A stretch of 64,000 bases of DNA from an uncultured Candidatus Entotheonella sp. (GCA_965217185.1 OZ244252.1:1536001-1600000), one strand, 5' to 3'; positions 18,787-29,405 are shown, counted from the first letter of the stretch. The notes: generated by a model not told the origin, from the sequence alone. Translations and numbers: made by a program.

Positions 18787-19533
18787 ATGGGACGTTTGGA
18801 TGGCAAGGTAGCCGTGATTTCCGGCGCGGCGCGCGGGCAGGGTGTAGCGGAAGCGGAGTTGTTCGCCCGCGAAGGCGCCCGCGTGGTGCTCACCGACGTG
18901 CTGGTGGAAGAGGGACAACAGGCTGCCGACCGCATACGCGCGGCGGGCGGCGAGGCGCTGTTCGTCAAGCTTGACGTCAGCAGCCCGGAAGAATGGAACG
19001 AGGTGGTGCGGCACACGGTGCAGACGTATGAGCGGCTCGACATCCTGGTCAACAACGCCGGCATCGCGGTGCGCGGTGGCGTCGAGAGCACCCCGGTCGA
19101 GGAGTGGGACCGCTGCCTGGACATCAACGCCAAAGGGGTGTTTCTTGGCATGAAGTACGCCATCCCCGCCATGCTGCAAAACGGATCGGGATCGATCATC
19201 AACATTTCCTCAACCAGCGGCATCGTCGGCTTTCCAGGCGGCACCGCCTACCACGCCTCCAAGGGCGCCGTGCGCATCATGACCAAGGCCGCGGCGGCGG
19301 AATACGCCCAGCGCGGCGTGCGGGTCAATTCGCTGCACCCCGGCATCATCAAGACCGCGATGACCGACAACATGGCTGACGACCGCACCGCCGGGATCAT
19401 CGACCGCACCCCCATGGGCCGCAAGGGCACGCCGATGGAAATCGCCTACGGCGCTCTGTTTCTGGCCTCGGACGAATCGTCGTTCGTCACCGGCGCCGAG
19501 TTGGTCATCGACGGCGGCATGACGGCCGTCTGA
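18787..19533 (+). CDS. Short-chain dehydrogenase/reductase (3alpha,20beta-HSD-like)
   Basis: [17 protein letters not shown]. Confidence 0.93.
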   Translation: MGRLDGKVAVISGAARGQGVAEAELFAREGARVVLTDVLVEEGQQAADRIRAAGGEALFVKLDVSSPEEWNEVVRHTVQTYERLDILVNNAGIAVRGGVESTPVEEWDRCLDINAKGVFLGMKYAIPAMLQNGSGSIINISSTSGIVGFPGGTAYHASKGAVRIMTKAAAAEYAQRGVRVNSLHPGIIKTAMTDNMADDRTAGIIDRTPMGRKGTPMEIAYGALFLASDESSFVTGAELVIDGGMTAV

Positions 19534-19559
19534 ACCACTCCAACCTCCAGGGAGACATC

Positions 19560-20753
19560 ATGACCACGAACAACGGCGCCCTGCCCCTTTCCCGTTTCAC
19601 CGTTTTGGATCTCACCCGCGTGCGGGCCGGCCCGACCTGCGTGCGCCAACTGGCCGACTGGGGCGCCAATGCCATCAAGATCGAACTACCCGAGTCGGTG
19701 GAGGGCAACGCCGCCCTCGGCGGCCCGCGGCACGGTTCCGATTTCCAGAACCTGCACCGCAACAAGAAAAGCATCACCCTCAACCTGAAGGCGCCGGAAG
19801 GGCTGAAACTGTTCAAGCGCTTGGTCGAGAAAGCCGACGTGGTGGTGGAGAACTATCGTCCGGACGTGAAGCACCGCCTGGGGGTGGATTACGAATCGCT
19901 GTGCACGATCAACCCCCGCCTGGTTTACGGCAGTATCTCCGGTTTCGGCCAAGACGGGCCGTACCACGACCGTCCCGGCTTCGATCAGATCGCGCAGGGC
20001 ATGGGCGGGTTGATGTCCATCACCGGGCTGCCCGGCCAGGGGCCGGTGCGTGCCGGCGTGCCCATTGCCGACCTGTGCGCCGGGCTGTCGTGCGCCCTGG
20101 GCATTCTCACCGCGTTGCTCGAACGCGAGGTCACCGGCAAGGGTCAGTGGGTGCAGGCGTCGTTGCTGCAGGCGCAGATTTTCATGCTGGATTTCCAGGC
20201 GGCGCGCTGGCTGCTGGAGAAGGAGGTGCCGCCGCAGGCCGGCAACAACCACCCCACCAGCATTCCAACCGGCGTGTTCAAAACGGCGGACGGCCACATC
20301 AACATCGCCTCAGCCGGCGAGGCCATCTGGCAGCGCCTCTGCAAGGCCATCGAAGCGCCAGAACTGCTGGACGACGCCTGGTTTGCCGACGGCGCCGCGC
20401 GTTCCCGCAATCGTGACGCCCTCAATGCGGCCCTCGAGAGCCGCACGCAGGTCTACCCCAGCGACGCGCTCATCGCGCTGCTCAACACGGCCGGGGTACC
20501 GTGTGGACCCATTTACGCCGTCGATCAAGTCTTCCAGGACCCGCAGGTGGAGCATCTCGCCATGGCGCAACCCGTCCATCACCCGGAACTTGGCGATATC
20601 GAACTGGTCGGCCAGCCGTTCACCCTCAGCCGCCACAGCAGCAAGCTGCGAACGGCCACCCCGGCGCGCGGTCAGAACACCGCCGAGGTGCTGGGCGAGT
20701 TGGGTCTCACCGCCGAGGAAATCGAGGATCTGCAAGCTCGGCAAGTCGTGTAA
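19560..20753 (+). CDS. Family III CoA-transferase (CaiB/BaiF)
   Basis: DLTRVRAGP, RNKKS, DVVVENYRP, GFDQIAQ. Confidence 0.93.
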   Translation: MTTNNGALPLSRFTVLDLTRVRAGPTCVRQLADWGANAIKIELPESVEGNAALGGPRHGSDFQNLHRNKKSITLNLKAPEGLKLFKRLVEKADVVVENYRPDVKHRLGVDYESLCTINPRLVYGSISGFGQDGPYHDRPGFDQIAQGMGGLMSITGLPGQGPVRAGVPIADLCAGLSCALGILTALLEREVTGKGQWVQASLLQAQIFMLDFQAARWLLEKEVPPQAGNNHPTSIPTGVFKTADGHINIASAGEAIWQRLCKAIEAPELLDDAWFADGAARSRNRDALNAALESRTQVYPSDALIALLNTAGVPCGPIYAVDQVFQDPQVEHLAMAQPVHHPELGDIELVGQPFTLSRHSSKLRTATPARGQNTAEVLGELGLTAEEIEDLQARQVV

Positions 20754-20842
20754 TGGGGAGAGCGCTGTTGGTGTGCTATGATGCCCGGCGCTTTTCACAT
20801 ACCTGAACTGAATACGCACCAATCCCCGTGGAAGGAAACGAT

Positions 20843-21127
20843 ATGCCCAGATACGTCATCGAGCGGGCCATTCCCGACATTGGCTCGGCCGAGCGCGAAG
20901 CCCTCCGCGACGCGTCGCAGAAATCCAACAGCGTTCTCGCCGCCATGAAGGCCGAGAACAAGAACATCCAGTGGGAACACAGCTACGTGGCCGGCGACCG
21001 CACCTTTTGCGTCTACATCGCCGACGACGAAGCGCTCATTCACGAACACGCCGAGCGCAGCGGCTTTCCGGCCACGGTGGTGACCCCGGTTCGCAAGATG
21101 ATCGACCCCGTCACTGCTGAAGGCTGA
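20843..21127 (+). CDS. DUF4242 family protein
   Basis: MPRYVIER...WEHSYV...TFCVY...HAERSGFPA. Confidence 0.85.
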   Translation: MPRYVIERAIPDIGSAEREALRDASQKSNSVLAAMKAENKNIQWEHSYVAGDRTFCVYIADDEALIHEHAERSGFPATVVTPVRKMIDPVTAEG

Positions 21128-21260
21128 CAGCACCAATCGGCATGGGCGGGTCGGCGTATCAGCCCTGCCCTGCCGGTTTAATCCTCCTCCGTAATCCTGC
21201 CCACTTTATGGCATTCTTACACGCCTCGCCTACCTCGCCTGAGCATGCAGGAGAGCGCCA

Positions 21261-22178
21261 ATGAAGCCTTACCGTTCTGTCCTCTTCGTGCCGGGAAACC
21301 GCCCCGACTGGATCGACAAGGCTCCCAGGTTTGGCCCGGACGCCTTGATTATTGACCTGGAGGATGCCGTACCCGTTGCCGACAAGCTCGCCACGCGACC
21401 CATCGTGCGGGCTGGTATTGAACGCTCGCGCGAGCGCGGCATGCCGATTGTCGTGCGGGTGAATGGTTTGTCGACCGGGCTGACGGCTGAAGACGTGGAG
21501 GCGGTGGTAACCGAGGGCGTGGTGGCCATTGTCGTGCCCAAGTTGGAGCACCCGGAGGAACTGCTCAAAGTCGATGCCTGGATCGAGTTCTGCGAGCGCA
21601 AGGCCGGGTTGCCGGTCGGCGGCATCGAAATCATGGCGCTGCCGGAAACCGCTCGCGGCATCCTGAAAGCCTACGAACTCGCCACCGCCTGTCCGCGGGT
21701 TGGCAACGTCATCGGTGGCGGCGGCTCGCGCTCCGGGGACGTGGCGCAGGCCATCGGCTACAAGTGGACCCGCCCCGGCCTGGAAACCCTGTACATGGCC
21801 TCGCATGTCTTGTTGGCCAACCGCGCTGCGGGCATTGCCTATCCGATTGCCACCGGCTCCCTCGAAGTTGGTGATTTGGAACTGGTGCGGGCGCAATTGG
21901 AGCGGGCGCGCGAGATCGGCTATCGGGGGGCGCTGCTGATTCACCCCGCCGCGGTGCCCATCGCCAACGAGGTGTTCGCGCCCAGCCGCGAGGAAATCGA
22001 CTGGAACAAGGGGGTTTTGCGGACCATGGCGGCGGCCGAACAGCAAGGCCGCGCCGCCACGACGTACGACGGCATGATGATCGACTACGCCCACGTGCGG
22101 AATGCTTTGGACCTGCTGCAGCAGGCGGAGGCGTTCGGCATCGAGGTGGGAGATTACCCGCACGTCAAGGCGCTGTGA
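21261..22178 (+). CDS. HpcH/HpaI aldolase / citrate lyase beta (CitE-like CoA ester lyase)
   Basis: RSVLFVPG, DLEDAV, VRVN, PKLE, IHP, GMMID. Confidence 0.9.
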   Translation: MKPYRSVLFVPGNRPDWIDKAPRFGPDALIIDLEDAVPVADKLATRPIVRAGIERSRERGMPIVVRVNGLSTGLTAEDVEAVVTEGVVAIVVPKLEHPEELLKVDAWIEFCERKAGLPVGGIEIMALPETARGILKAYELATACPRVGNVIGGGGSRSGDVAQAIGYKWTRPGLETLYMASHVLLANRAAGIAYPIATGSLEVGDLELVRAQLERAREIGYRGALLIHPAAVPIANEVFAPSREEIDWNKGVLRTMAAAEQQGRAATTYDGMMIDYAHVRNALDLLQQAEAFGIEVGDYPHVKAL

Positions 22179-22301
22179 GGGCAGCGGAACCGGCATCCCG
22201 GTTTGCATTGAAACGGACATTCGTATAGGGTATTTGCCCCGCACAAACAGGCAGCCTGCAGGCGTGGGCGCGACATCACTTTGCAAGGGAAAGGACATGG
22301 C

Positions 22302-22529
22302 ATGGCAGGGGTGGGTTGGATCATTATGGGCATCGGATTCGCGATTCAGGTCCTTGTCCCGGTGGGCCTCTTTGGCAGGCCGACAGGGCTCATATTCGGC
22401 ATTCCGACACAACTGGCCTTTGTGTTCGGAGGCACGTGGATCCTCGTGATCGGCCTGATCATCGTGTACAGCACTTGGCTTATGCCGTATGCCAGACAGC
22501 TCGACGCGAGCGTGGAAGCGGATAACTGA
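22302..22529 (+). CDS. Small two-TM membrane protein, SSS-transporter accessory subunit-like
   Basis: Two hydrophobic segments with an IFGIP turn; AAGGA Shine-Dalgarno; directly upstream of the SSS gene. Confidence 0.65.
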   Translation: MAGVGWIIMGIGFAIQVLVPVGLFGRPTGLIFGIPTQLAFVFGGTWILVIGLIIVYSTWLMPYARQLDASVEADN

Positions 22530-22635
22530 GGGGCCGAACGTGGCGGATTCGGGGCGGCCGGTGTCGCGAACATTACGCAGCCGACGCTCGGAATCAGGGC
22601 TTACCAGGGATCAATAACTGGAAGGAATATCGGAT

Positions 22636-24141
22636 ATGAGCGTTGTTTCCTTTACCATCCTTTTGCTGGCCGTTTATCTTATCGGGCTGAAATTCCTCTC
22701 CTACTTTGCGCACCGTATTTCCACCCGCGCGTCCGAGGATTATTTCCTGGCCAGCCGCAACATCGGCTTACTGGCCCTGATCGGCACGACGATGGCCAGC
22801 ATCTTTTCCACTGGTACCGTGGTGTCATCGCCGTCGGAATTCTACCGGCAGGGCTCCAGCTATTTCTTTGTGTTCTTCTTTGCCTTCATGCCGGTGGTGT
22901 ACTTTTTCCTGGCCACCAAGATGTGGCGGCTGGGCAAGGCGAAGGGCTACATCACCCCCGGCGACATGCTGGGCGACTTCTACAAAAGCAAGCCGGTCGT
23001 CTTCTGGTGCGCGGCCATCGGCCTGATGGCCGTGCTGCCCTACGCGGTGGCGCAGCTCGTCGCCATCGGCAAGACTTTCGAGGCCCTCACCGACGGCATC
23101 ATTTCGTATAACGTGGGCGTCACGGTGGTGTCGATTTCCATCGCTCTTTATATGTACTTCGGCGGTGCCCGCGCCGTCGTGTGGACGGACATGATCCAGG
23201 GCTTTATTTTCGCCACCTTGTTGATCGTCGCCGGCATCCTGGTCGTCAAATGGTCGGGCGGCTGGCAGCCGATGATCGGCACCCTGACGAATGACTATGC
23301 CGCCAAGGCCTCTTTCGAGGGCAAGCTGACGTGGCGATACTACGAGCTGGGGCTGCTGCCCCTGTCATTCTCGTTCCTACCCTACCTGTGGCAACGCATG
23401 TATATGGCAAAGTCCGCTTCCCACGTGGCCAAGAACCTGATGGCGGTGCCGATCATATTCGTGGTGCTGTTCTTTACCACTTGGGTCATCGGAACATCGG
23501 CGCACGTGATTCTGCCGGACGGCCTGCAGGATGCCGATAGCGTTCTGGGCGCGCTGTTCAAAGACAATCTGCCCTACTTCGGCGCCATGCTGCTAGTGGC
23601 CGCCTTCGCGGCAGGCATGTCCACCGTGGACAGCCAACTGCTGTCAGCCGGCTCGCTGATCACCCACGACATCGGCGGAATTCTGCGCGGCGAGCGCCGC
23701 GAGAGCGTGGCAATTTTCACCTTCGGCAAATGGTCCACGGTGTTCCTGATGGCTGCCCTCTACCTGTGGAGCCTCAACCTCAAGTCGGCCTCCATTTTGA
23801 ACCTGATCATCCTGGGCATCAGCCTGACGATCATCTACATCCCGAGCGTTTTCGGCATGTTCTACTGGAAGAAAGCCACACCGATGGGCGCCGCTTGGTC
23901 GATGGGCGGCGGTTTGGTCTTTTTCCTCATCAAGCAATTCGAGATCTTCGGCCTGGACGCTTGGCTGCCGGGACCGCTGGGTTCCATTTCATACGGTCTG
24001 GCAGCGTCGATCTTCTTCTTTGTGGTGGTCAGCCTGCTTACCAGCAACGCCAGGATCCGCGACATGCAGGAAGAGTACGACACTATCCTGGGCGTGACGT
24101 CGGCCGCAAGCCCGGCTGCCACCCCCAGCCCGGCAGACTAG
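22636..24141 (+). CDS. Sodium:solute symporter family protein
   Basis: DYFLASR, GGARAVVWTDMIQG, AAGMSTVDSQLL. Confidence 0.93.
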   Translation: MSVVSFTILLLAVYLIGLKFLSYFAHRISTRASEDYFLASRNIGLLALIGTTMASIFSTGTVVSSPSEFYRQGSSYFFVFFFAFMPVVYFFLATKMWRLGKAKGYITPGDMLGDFYKSKPVVFWCAAIGLMAVLPYAVAQLVAIGKTFEALTDGIISYNVGVTVVSISIALYMYFGGARAVVWTDMIQGFIFATLLIVAGILVVKWSGGWQPMIGTLTNDYAAKASFEGKLTWRYYELGLLPLSFSFLPYLWQRMYMAKSASHVAKNLMAVPIIFVVLFFTTWVIGTSAHVILPDGLQDADSVLGALFKDNLPYFGAMLLVAAFAAGMSTVDSQLLSAGSLITHDIGGILRGERRESVAIFTFGKWSTVFLMAALYLWSLNLKSASILNLIILGISLTIIYIPSVFGMFYWKKATPMGAAWSMGGGLVFFLIKQFEIFGLDAWLPGPLGSISYGLAASIFFFVVVSLLTSNARIRDMQEEYDTILGVTSAASPAATPSPAD

Positions 24142-24159
24142 AGGCGCGAAGGAGAACGC

Positions 24160-24513
24160 ATGGAATCGCAACGTGACAGCAACGTCGGCGTGTACTTCAT
24201 CGCCATGATCTTCATTGGTCTGGCCATTGGCGGCATCATCGCCGTGAACCAGACCGGCGGCTATTGGGACCGCTTCTGCGCCGAGCGCACGGACATCGAG
24301 GCCTGCCAGATGATGGCTGAGAATCGGCAAAAGGCGATGAGGGAACTCATCAAGCTGGGCGACAAGCACGGCTCGCACGCCGCTATACCCGGCCTGCCAC
24401 CGGTTGAGGAAGCGATGGAAGAACCGGAAGTCGACGTCACGCCGACGGAAGCGGCCGCCGAAGAGATGGAGGGCGGCGCCTCGCCGGCGGAACCGGCAGT
24501 GGAAGAAAACTGA
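24160..24513 (+). CDS. Hypothetical membrane-anchored protein with acidic C-terminal tail
   Basis: One TM, a Cys pair and a Glu/Pro-rich tail; AAGGAG Shine-Dalgarno. Confidence 0.7.
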   Translation: MESQRDSNVGVYFIAMIFIGLAIGGIIAVNQTGGYWDRFCAERTDIEACQMMAENRQKAMRELIKLGDKHGSHAAIPGLPPVEEAMEEPEVDVTPTEAAAEEMEGGASPAEPAVEEN

Positions 24514-24540
24514 GCAGTACAAGACTGGAGGGATGGAGCC

Positions 24541-24864
24541 ATGTACGTCCTCAAACGGGTTTTTCAAGTGCAACGCGGCCAGGAATGGAAGGCCGCCGCC
24601 CTGGCCACCAAGATTGCCGCCGCCTACGAGGCGGAGGGCCGCAATCCGTCCAGCGTCTACATCGGCGGCACCGGGCTGCCCGGCGAGCCCGGCATGGTGT
24701 TCGTGGAGTGGACGCAGGATACCATTGAGCCGAACCGCTACTCCAACGTGCCCAAGGCCGTGTTCGAGCTCGTCAAGGAGATCCGCCCGATTCAGGAGGA
24801 TACCTGGATCGAGTTTTACGAGCTGGTCACCCCGGAGAAGCTGCAAGACCGCGGGGTGTCCTGA
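24541..24864 (+). CDS. Hypothetical protein (possible NIPSNAP-like dimeric alpha+beta barrel)
   Basis: Good codon bias; GGAG Shine-Dalgarno. The fold guess comes from the length and beta/alpha pattern only. Confidence 0.7.
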   Translation: MYVLKRVFQVQRGQEWKAAALATKIAAAYEAEGRNPSSVYIGGTGLPGEPGMVFVEWTQDTIEPNRYSNVPKAVFELVKEIRPIQEDTWIEFYELVTPEKLQDRGVS

Positions 24865-25096
24865 TTTCGGTTTCATTTCCGCCCGCACGCCTTGGGTGGC
24901 TTGCGGGCGGAACTGCGAAGCCGCCGTGCTGTTGATCGAGTCCTATCCTTCAGCGCCTACCTGATACTGACCCGTTAGGGTACTTTCCAACCCATAGAGC
25001 GTGCCAACTCTGGAAACCTGTATCCTGTGACGAATAAGGCGCCCGTCGGAAGAATGTTCAGCGGGCGGACAACAACGCTTTTCCACGGAGTCAGAC

Positions 25097-25558
25097 ATGT
25101 TTCGAGGGCGTAGAGGCGTTGTGTGGGGCCTGGTTGCGGTGGCCTGCATGGGTGTGCCGTCCTTCGCGGACGCTGAGCCGCAGAGCGCCGCGTTGATGGC
25201 GCCGGTGATGGTGGGCGTTATATCGGGGGAGGTGTCAACACGCACCGAGGTGTTGCGGGAATTGCTGTCGCAGTATTACCGATTGGTGCCGCAGGACCAG
25301 GTGCAAGCTGCCGAAGCCCGCGCCACAAGCGCCGGGTGCGACGGAACGGAGGCGTGCATGGCGGAAGTTCGGCAGGCGTTGGGCGTTGATGTTGTCTACT
25401 ACCTTTACATCGACGATCAGGGCTATGTCGATCCGGTTCACCTGACGCGCCTCGGCAACGCCGGCGTCGTCAAGCAATACACCCAATGCAACCGCTGCAC
25501 GCGCCGGCTCTATCGCAGAATACTGGATGAACTTTTGCGCGCCGCACACGCCCCATAG
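25097..25558 (+). CDS. Hypothetical secreted protein
   Basis: Signal peptide; C..C...LGVD pattern resembling CsgG/TolB-N-like folds; CNRC. Confidence 0.6.
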   Translation: MFRGRRGVVWGLVAVACMGVPSFADAEPQSAALMAPVMVGVISGEVSTRTEVLRELLSQYYRLVPQDQVQAAEARATSAGCDGTEACMAEVRQALGVDVVYYLYIDDQGYVDPVHLTRLGNAGVVKQYTQCNRCTRRLYRRILDELLRAAHAP

Positions 25559-25632
25559 GGCAAGGTTCCTGCTTGCCCCGCCTTGTGCCCTGCCCTGCGA
25601 TGTCAACGTGCCGCCAATGGAAAGGGAATACT

Positions 25633-26826
25633 GTGAGCAAAACCACCCTCACCTGGTCCGAAGAATTGTCCGCCCGCCACGATGACCTCGTCACCTTGCG
25701 GCGCGACTTCCATCGCCATCCCGAACTCAGCAATCAGGAACATCGCACCGCTCAAATTATCGCCGAACGCCTGCACGCCGCGGGTCTGGACGTGCGTACC
25801 GGCATGGGCGGCAGCACGGCGGTGGTCGGTGTCCTGCATGGTGACCAGCCCGGTAGGACCATCGCCTGGCGCGCCGACATCGACGCCTTGCCGCTGACCG
25901 AAATTCTGGACACACCCTTTACCTCTGGCACCCCTGGGATCATGCACGCCTGCGGACACGACGGGCACGTGGCCATCGGCATCACGTTGGCGGAACTGCT
26001 GGCCGCTCGCCGCGCCGAAATGCCGGGAACCGCCGTGCTTCTCTTCCAGCCGGCGGAGGAAGTGTTCGGCGGCGCCCGCCCCATGATCCAGGCCGGCGCG
26101 CTCGAAAACCCGCACGTCGAGCAGGTCTACGGCTTGCACCTGACCACCCAGACGCCGGGCGGGCACGTGGCGGTACGCTCCGGCCCGTGCATGGCGTCGG
26201 CCGACTTCTTCGACATCGAGGTTCGCGGCAAGGGCGGCCACGGCGCCTTTCCCCACCTGTCGAAGGATCCGATCACCGTCGCCGCCAACATCCTGCTGGG
26301 CATGCAGAACCTGGTATCGCGCGAGGTAGCCGCCAAGGAGCCGGCGGTGCTGACCGTCGGGCAGATCGTCTCCGGCACCAAGCACAACATCATCCCGGTC
26401 ACCGCCACCCTGCGCGGCTCGCTGCGCACTTTCAACGCGGAAGTCCGCGAGCAGGTCATGGAACGCCTGGGGGCCTTTGTCACCAACATCGCGCACGCCT
26501 ATGAGGCCGAGGCGCACCTGTCCTTCGCCGACGAGGGCTGCCCGACCGTGGTTAACCATGACAACGAGTCGGCCTTCGTACATCGCTGCGCCGTTGAGGA
26601 AGTGGGCGCCGATTGCGTCGGCGAGGCCGACATGATGATGGGCAGTGACGACATGAGTCTGTTCCTGGAAGAACGCCCGGGATGCTACTTCCGGGTCGGC
26701 ATTGCGCCAAATGACGGCATCCAACGCCCGCACCACGCGCCGGAGTTCGAGATGAACGAGATCGGCCTGCCCGTCGGCCTGCGGGTGGCGCTCAACGTGA
26801 TGCTGAATGCCTTGTCCACGCCCTGA
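25633..26826 (+). CDS. M20 family amidohydrolase
   Basis: HPELS, RADIDALP, MHACGHD, FQPAEE, GKGGHGAFPH, GSDD. Confidence 0.93.
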   Translation: MSKTTLTWSEELSARHDDLVTLRRDFHRHPELSNQEHRTAQIIAERLHAAGLDVRTGMGGSTAVVGVLHGDQPGRTIAWRADIDALPLTEILDTPFTSGTPGIMHACGHDGHVAIGITLAELLAARRAEMPGTAVLLFQPAEEVFGGARPMIQAGALENPHVEQVYGLHLTTQTPGGHVAVRSGPCMASADFFDIEVRGKGGHGAFPHLSKDPITVAANILLGMQNLVSREVAAKEPAVLTVGQIVSGTKHNIIPVTATLRGSLRTFNAEVREQVMERLGAFVTNIAHAYEAEAHLSFADEGCPTVVNHDNESAFVHRCAVEEVGADCVGEADMMMGSDDMSLFLEERPGCYFRVGIAPNDGIQRPHHAPEFEMNEIGLPVGLRVALNVMLNALSTP

Positions 26827-26846
26827 AACGGGACTTCCCCCCTGCC

Positions 26847-27776
26847 ATGAACGATGCTATCCGACCGCCTTGGTTTGACGCCGGAGCGCAGCCGGACCGC
26901 CCCGCCGGCGACCGCCTGCGAGCGCTGCTGCGCAGGCCGGGCATTGTCGGCGTGCCGGGCGCGCACGACGCGCTGTCGGCACGGCTTGCCCAACGGGCCG
27001 GTTTCGAGGCGCTGTACCTGTCCGGGGCAGCGCTCAGTGCCTCGATGGCGCTGCCGGACCTCGGCGTCATCACCCTGGAAGAACTCTGCCACGCCACCCG
27101 TCAACTGGTGCGCGCTACCGGCCTGCCGGTCCTTGTGGACGGCGACACCGGCTACGGCGAAGCGCTCAACGTCATGCGCCTGGTGCGCGAACTGGAGGAC
27201 GCCGGCGCCGCCGCGGTGCAGATCGAAGATCAGGTGTTGCCGAAGAAGTGCGGGCATCTCAACGACAAGCGGTTGGCCGACGCCGACGACATGGCGCGCA
27301 AAATCGCCGCTGCCCGGCGCGCCCGGACGCATCTGCAAATCATCGCCCGCACCGACGCCGCATCGTCGAGTCTCGACGACGCCATTCAACGTGCCCGCCT
27401 CTATCGCGCGGCCGGTGCCGACATCATTTTCCCCGAAGCGTTGACGTCGGATGACGACTTTCGCGTCTTTGCGGCCGCGGTCGAGGGTCCCCTACTCGCC
27501 AACATGACCGAATTCGGTCGCACCCCGTACCGTGCGGCCAAGGACTTCGAAGCGCTGGGTTTCAAGCTGGTCATCTGGCCGGTGTCGTCGCTACGGGTAG
27601 CAGCCAAAGCCGTTGCCGATGTGTACGCCCATCTGGCCGCCACCGGCGAGACAGCGGGCATGTTGGGACGCATGCTGACGCGGGCGGAGCTTTACGAAAC
27701 GCTGGGCTACCACGACTTTGAGGCCCTCGATCAATCCATTGCCGCCAGCGTGGTGCCAACGCCCCCCGAGGCGTGA
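26847..27776 (+). CDS. prpB: Methylisocitrate lyase (ICL/PEP mutase family)
   Basis: YLSG, DGDTGYG, IEDQVLPKKCGH, IARTDA, LANMTEFG. Confidence 0.78.
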   Translation: MNDAIRPPWFDAGAQPDRPAGDRLRALLRRPGIVGVPGAHDALSARLAQRAGFEALYLSGAALSASMALPDLGVITLEELCHATRQLVRATGLPVLVDGDTGYGEALNVMRLVRELEDAGAAAVQIEDQVLPKKCGHLNDKRLADADDMARKIAAARRARTHLQIIARTDAASSSLDDAIQRARLYRAAGADIIFPEALTSDDDFRVFAAAVEGPLLANMTEFGRTPYRAAKDFEALGFKLVIWPVSSLRVAAKAVADVYAHLAATGETAGMLGRMLTRAELYETLGYHDFEALDQSIAASVVPTPPEA

Positions 27777-27793
27777 GACGAAGGAGCCCGACC

Positions 27794-29344
27794 ATGGTTT
27801 GGCAGCCGGAAATCGACGAACTCAACCAGCGCCGGGCGCTGGCTCAAGAGATGGGCGGCGAGGCGGGAATCGCCCGGCAGCAGAAGCGCGGCAAGCTGAC
27901 CGTGCGCGAGCGCATCGAAGCGATATCGGACCCGGGATCGTTCCAGGAAATCGGCGGCCTGGCCGGCAGTGCCACCTACGAGGACAGCAAACTGGTCGCC
28001 TTCACCCCGGCCAATACGGTCATCGGCACGTCCAGGCTCGACGGGCGCAAGGTTGTCTTGAACGCCGGCGATTTCACCGTACGCGGCGGCGCCGCTGACG
28101 CTGCCGTCGGTAACAAGGGCGGCTATGCGCAACGCATGGCCTACGAATGGCGCTTGCCCTACGTGCGGCTGCTGGACGCCGCCGGCGGCAGCGTGCGCAC
28201 GTTTGAGCAGATTGGCCGCACCTACATTCCCGTGTCATCCAGCACGCCGGGGATAGAGCAGTTGCTGTGCACGGTGCCGGTGGTGTCGGCGGTTCTGGGA
28301 TCGGTGGCCGGCCTGCCGGCCGTAGAAGCGTGCCTGTCGCATTTCAGCTTGATGGTCAAGGGCCTCAGTCAGGTTTTTCCCGGCGGCCCGCCGGTGGTGA
28401 AGGCTGCCCTCGGATACGACATTACCAAGGAGGAGTTGGGGGACGAGCGCACCCAGATATACGAGACCGGGGTTATTGATAATCTGGCGGAGAGCGAGGC
28501 CGAGGCGTTCGACATGATCCGGCGTTTCCTCAGCTACCTGCCGACCAACGTCTGGCAACTGCCGCCGCGGGGCGAGATTCCCGGCGATTCGCAACGGCGC
28601 GAGGAGGGGCTGCTTTCCGTGATCCCGAGGCAAAAACGGCGCGCCTACGACCCATACGCCATGCTGGGTTATGTGCTTGACCTCGATTCCTTATTCGAAA
28701 TCTCGCCCTTTTACGGGCGTTCCCGCATCACCGCCTTGGCGCGAGTCAACGGCTATCCGGTCGGCGTCATGGCCCACAACCCTCGGTTTCTCGGCAGTTC
28801 GATGGACATGGCCGCCGGGCAAAAGGTGATCCGCTTTCTGCAGTTGTGCGACACCTTCCACCTGCCCATGGTTTATTTCGCCGACGAGCCGGGCTTCATG
28901 GTCGGGCTCGAGGCTCAAAAACAGGGCATTTTGCGCGGCGGTGCCAAGATGATCTGCACCACGTATCGCACCCGCATGCCGTGGATCAGCATCGTCATTC
29001 GGCAACTTTACGGCGTCGCCGGGCAATGCCACGACCGCCCCGGCGGCATGTTCAAGCGCGTCGCCTGGCCCTCGGCGCACTGGGGCTCCATGCACATCGA
29101 GGGCGGCGCCACCGCGGCCTACCGCCGCGAGATCGAATCCGCTCCCGACCCCGAGGCCGCCCGCCGCGACATCGAGGCCCGTCTGCAAGCCATTGCCTCC
29201 CCTTTCCGCACCGCCGAAGCCTTCAACATCGAAGACATCATCGACCCCCGCGACACCCGCCCTATGCTTTGCGATTTCGTCGACACCGCCCAAGACGTTC
29301 TCCGCACCCAACTCGGCCCCACCGCCGTGCCCTATCAGCCATGA
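27794..29344 (+). CDS. Acyl-CoA carboxylase/decarboxylase carboxyltransferase beta subunit
   Basis: GKLTVRERI, DFTVRGG, GGPPVV, DEPGF, IIDPRDTR. Confidence 0.92.
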   Translation: MVWQPEIDELNQRRALAQEMGGEAGIARQQKRGKLTVRERIEAISDPGSFQEIGGLAGSATYEDSKLVAFTPANTVIGTSRLDGRKVVLNAGDFTVRGGAADAAVGNKGGYAQRMAYEWRLPYVRLLDAAGGSVRTFEQIGRTYIPVSSSTPGIEQLLCTVPVVSAVLGSVAGLPAVEACLSHFSLMVKGLSQVFPGGPPVVKAALGYDITKEELGDERTQIYETGVIDNLAESEAEAFDMIRRFLSYLPTNVWQLPPRGEIPGDSQRREEGLLSVIPRQKRRAYDPYAMLGYVLDLDSLFEISPFYGRSRITALARVNGYPVGVMAHNPRFLGSSMDMAAGQKVIRFLQLCDTFHLPMVYFADEPGFMVGLEAQKQGILRGGAKMICTTYRTRMPWISIVIRQLYGVAGQCHDRPGGMFKRVAWPSAHWGSMHIEGGATAAYRREIESAPDPEAARRDIEARLQAIASPFRTAEAFNIEDIIDPRDTRPMLCDFVDTAQDVLRTQLGPTAVPYQP

Positions 29345-29405
29345 CCCACCCTGGACGTTCTGCCCGCATCGGATACCATATCCTGGCTCCCGGCAGCGGG
29401 GAGTA

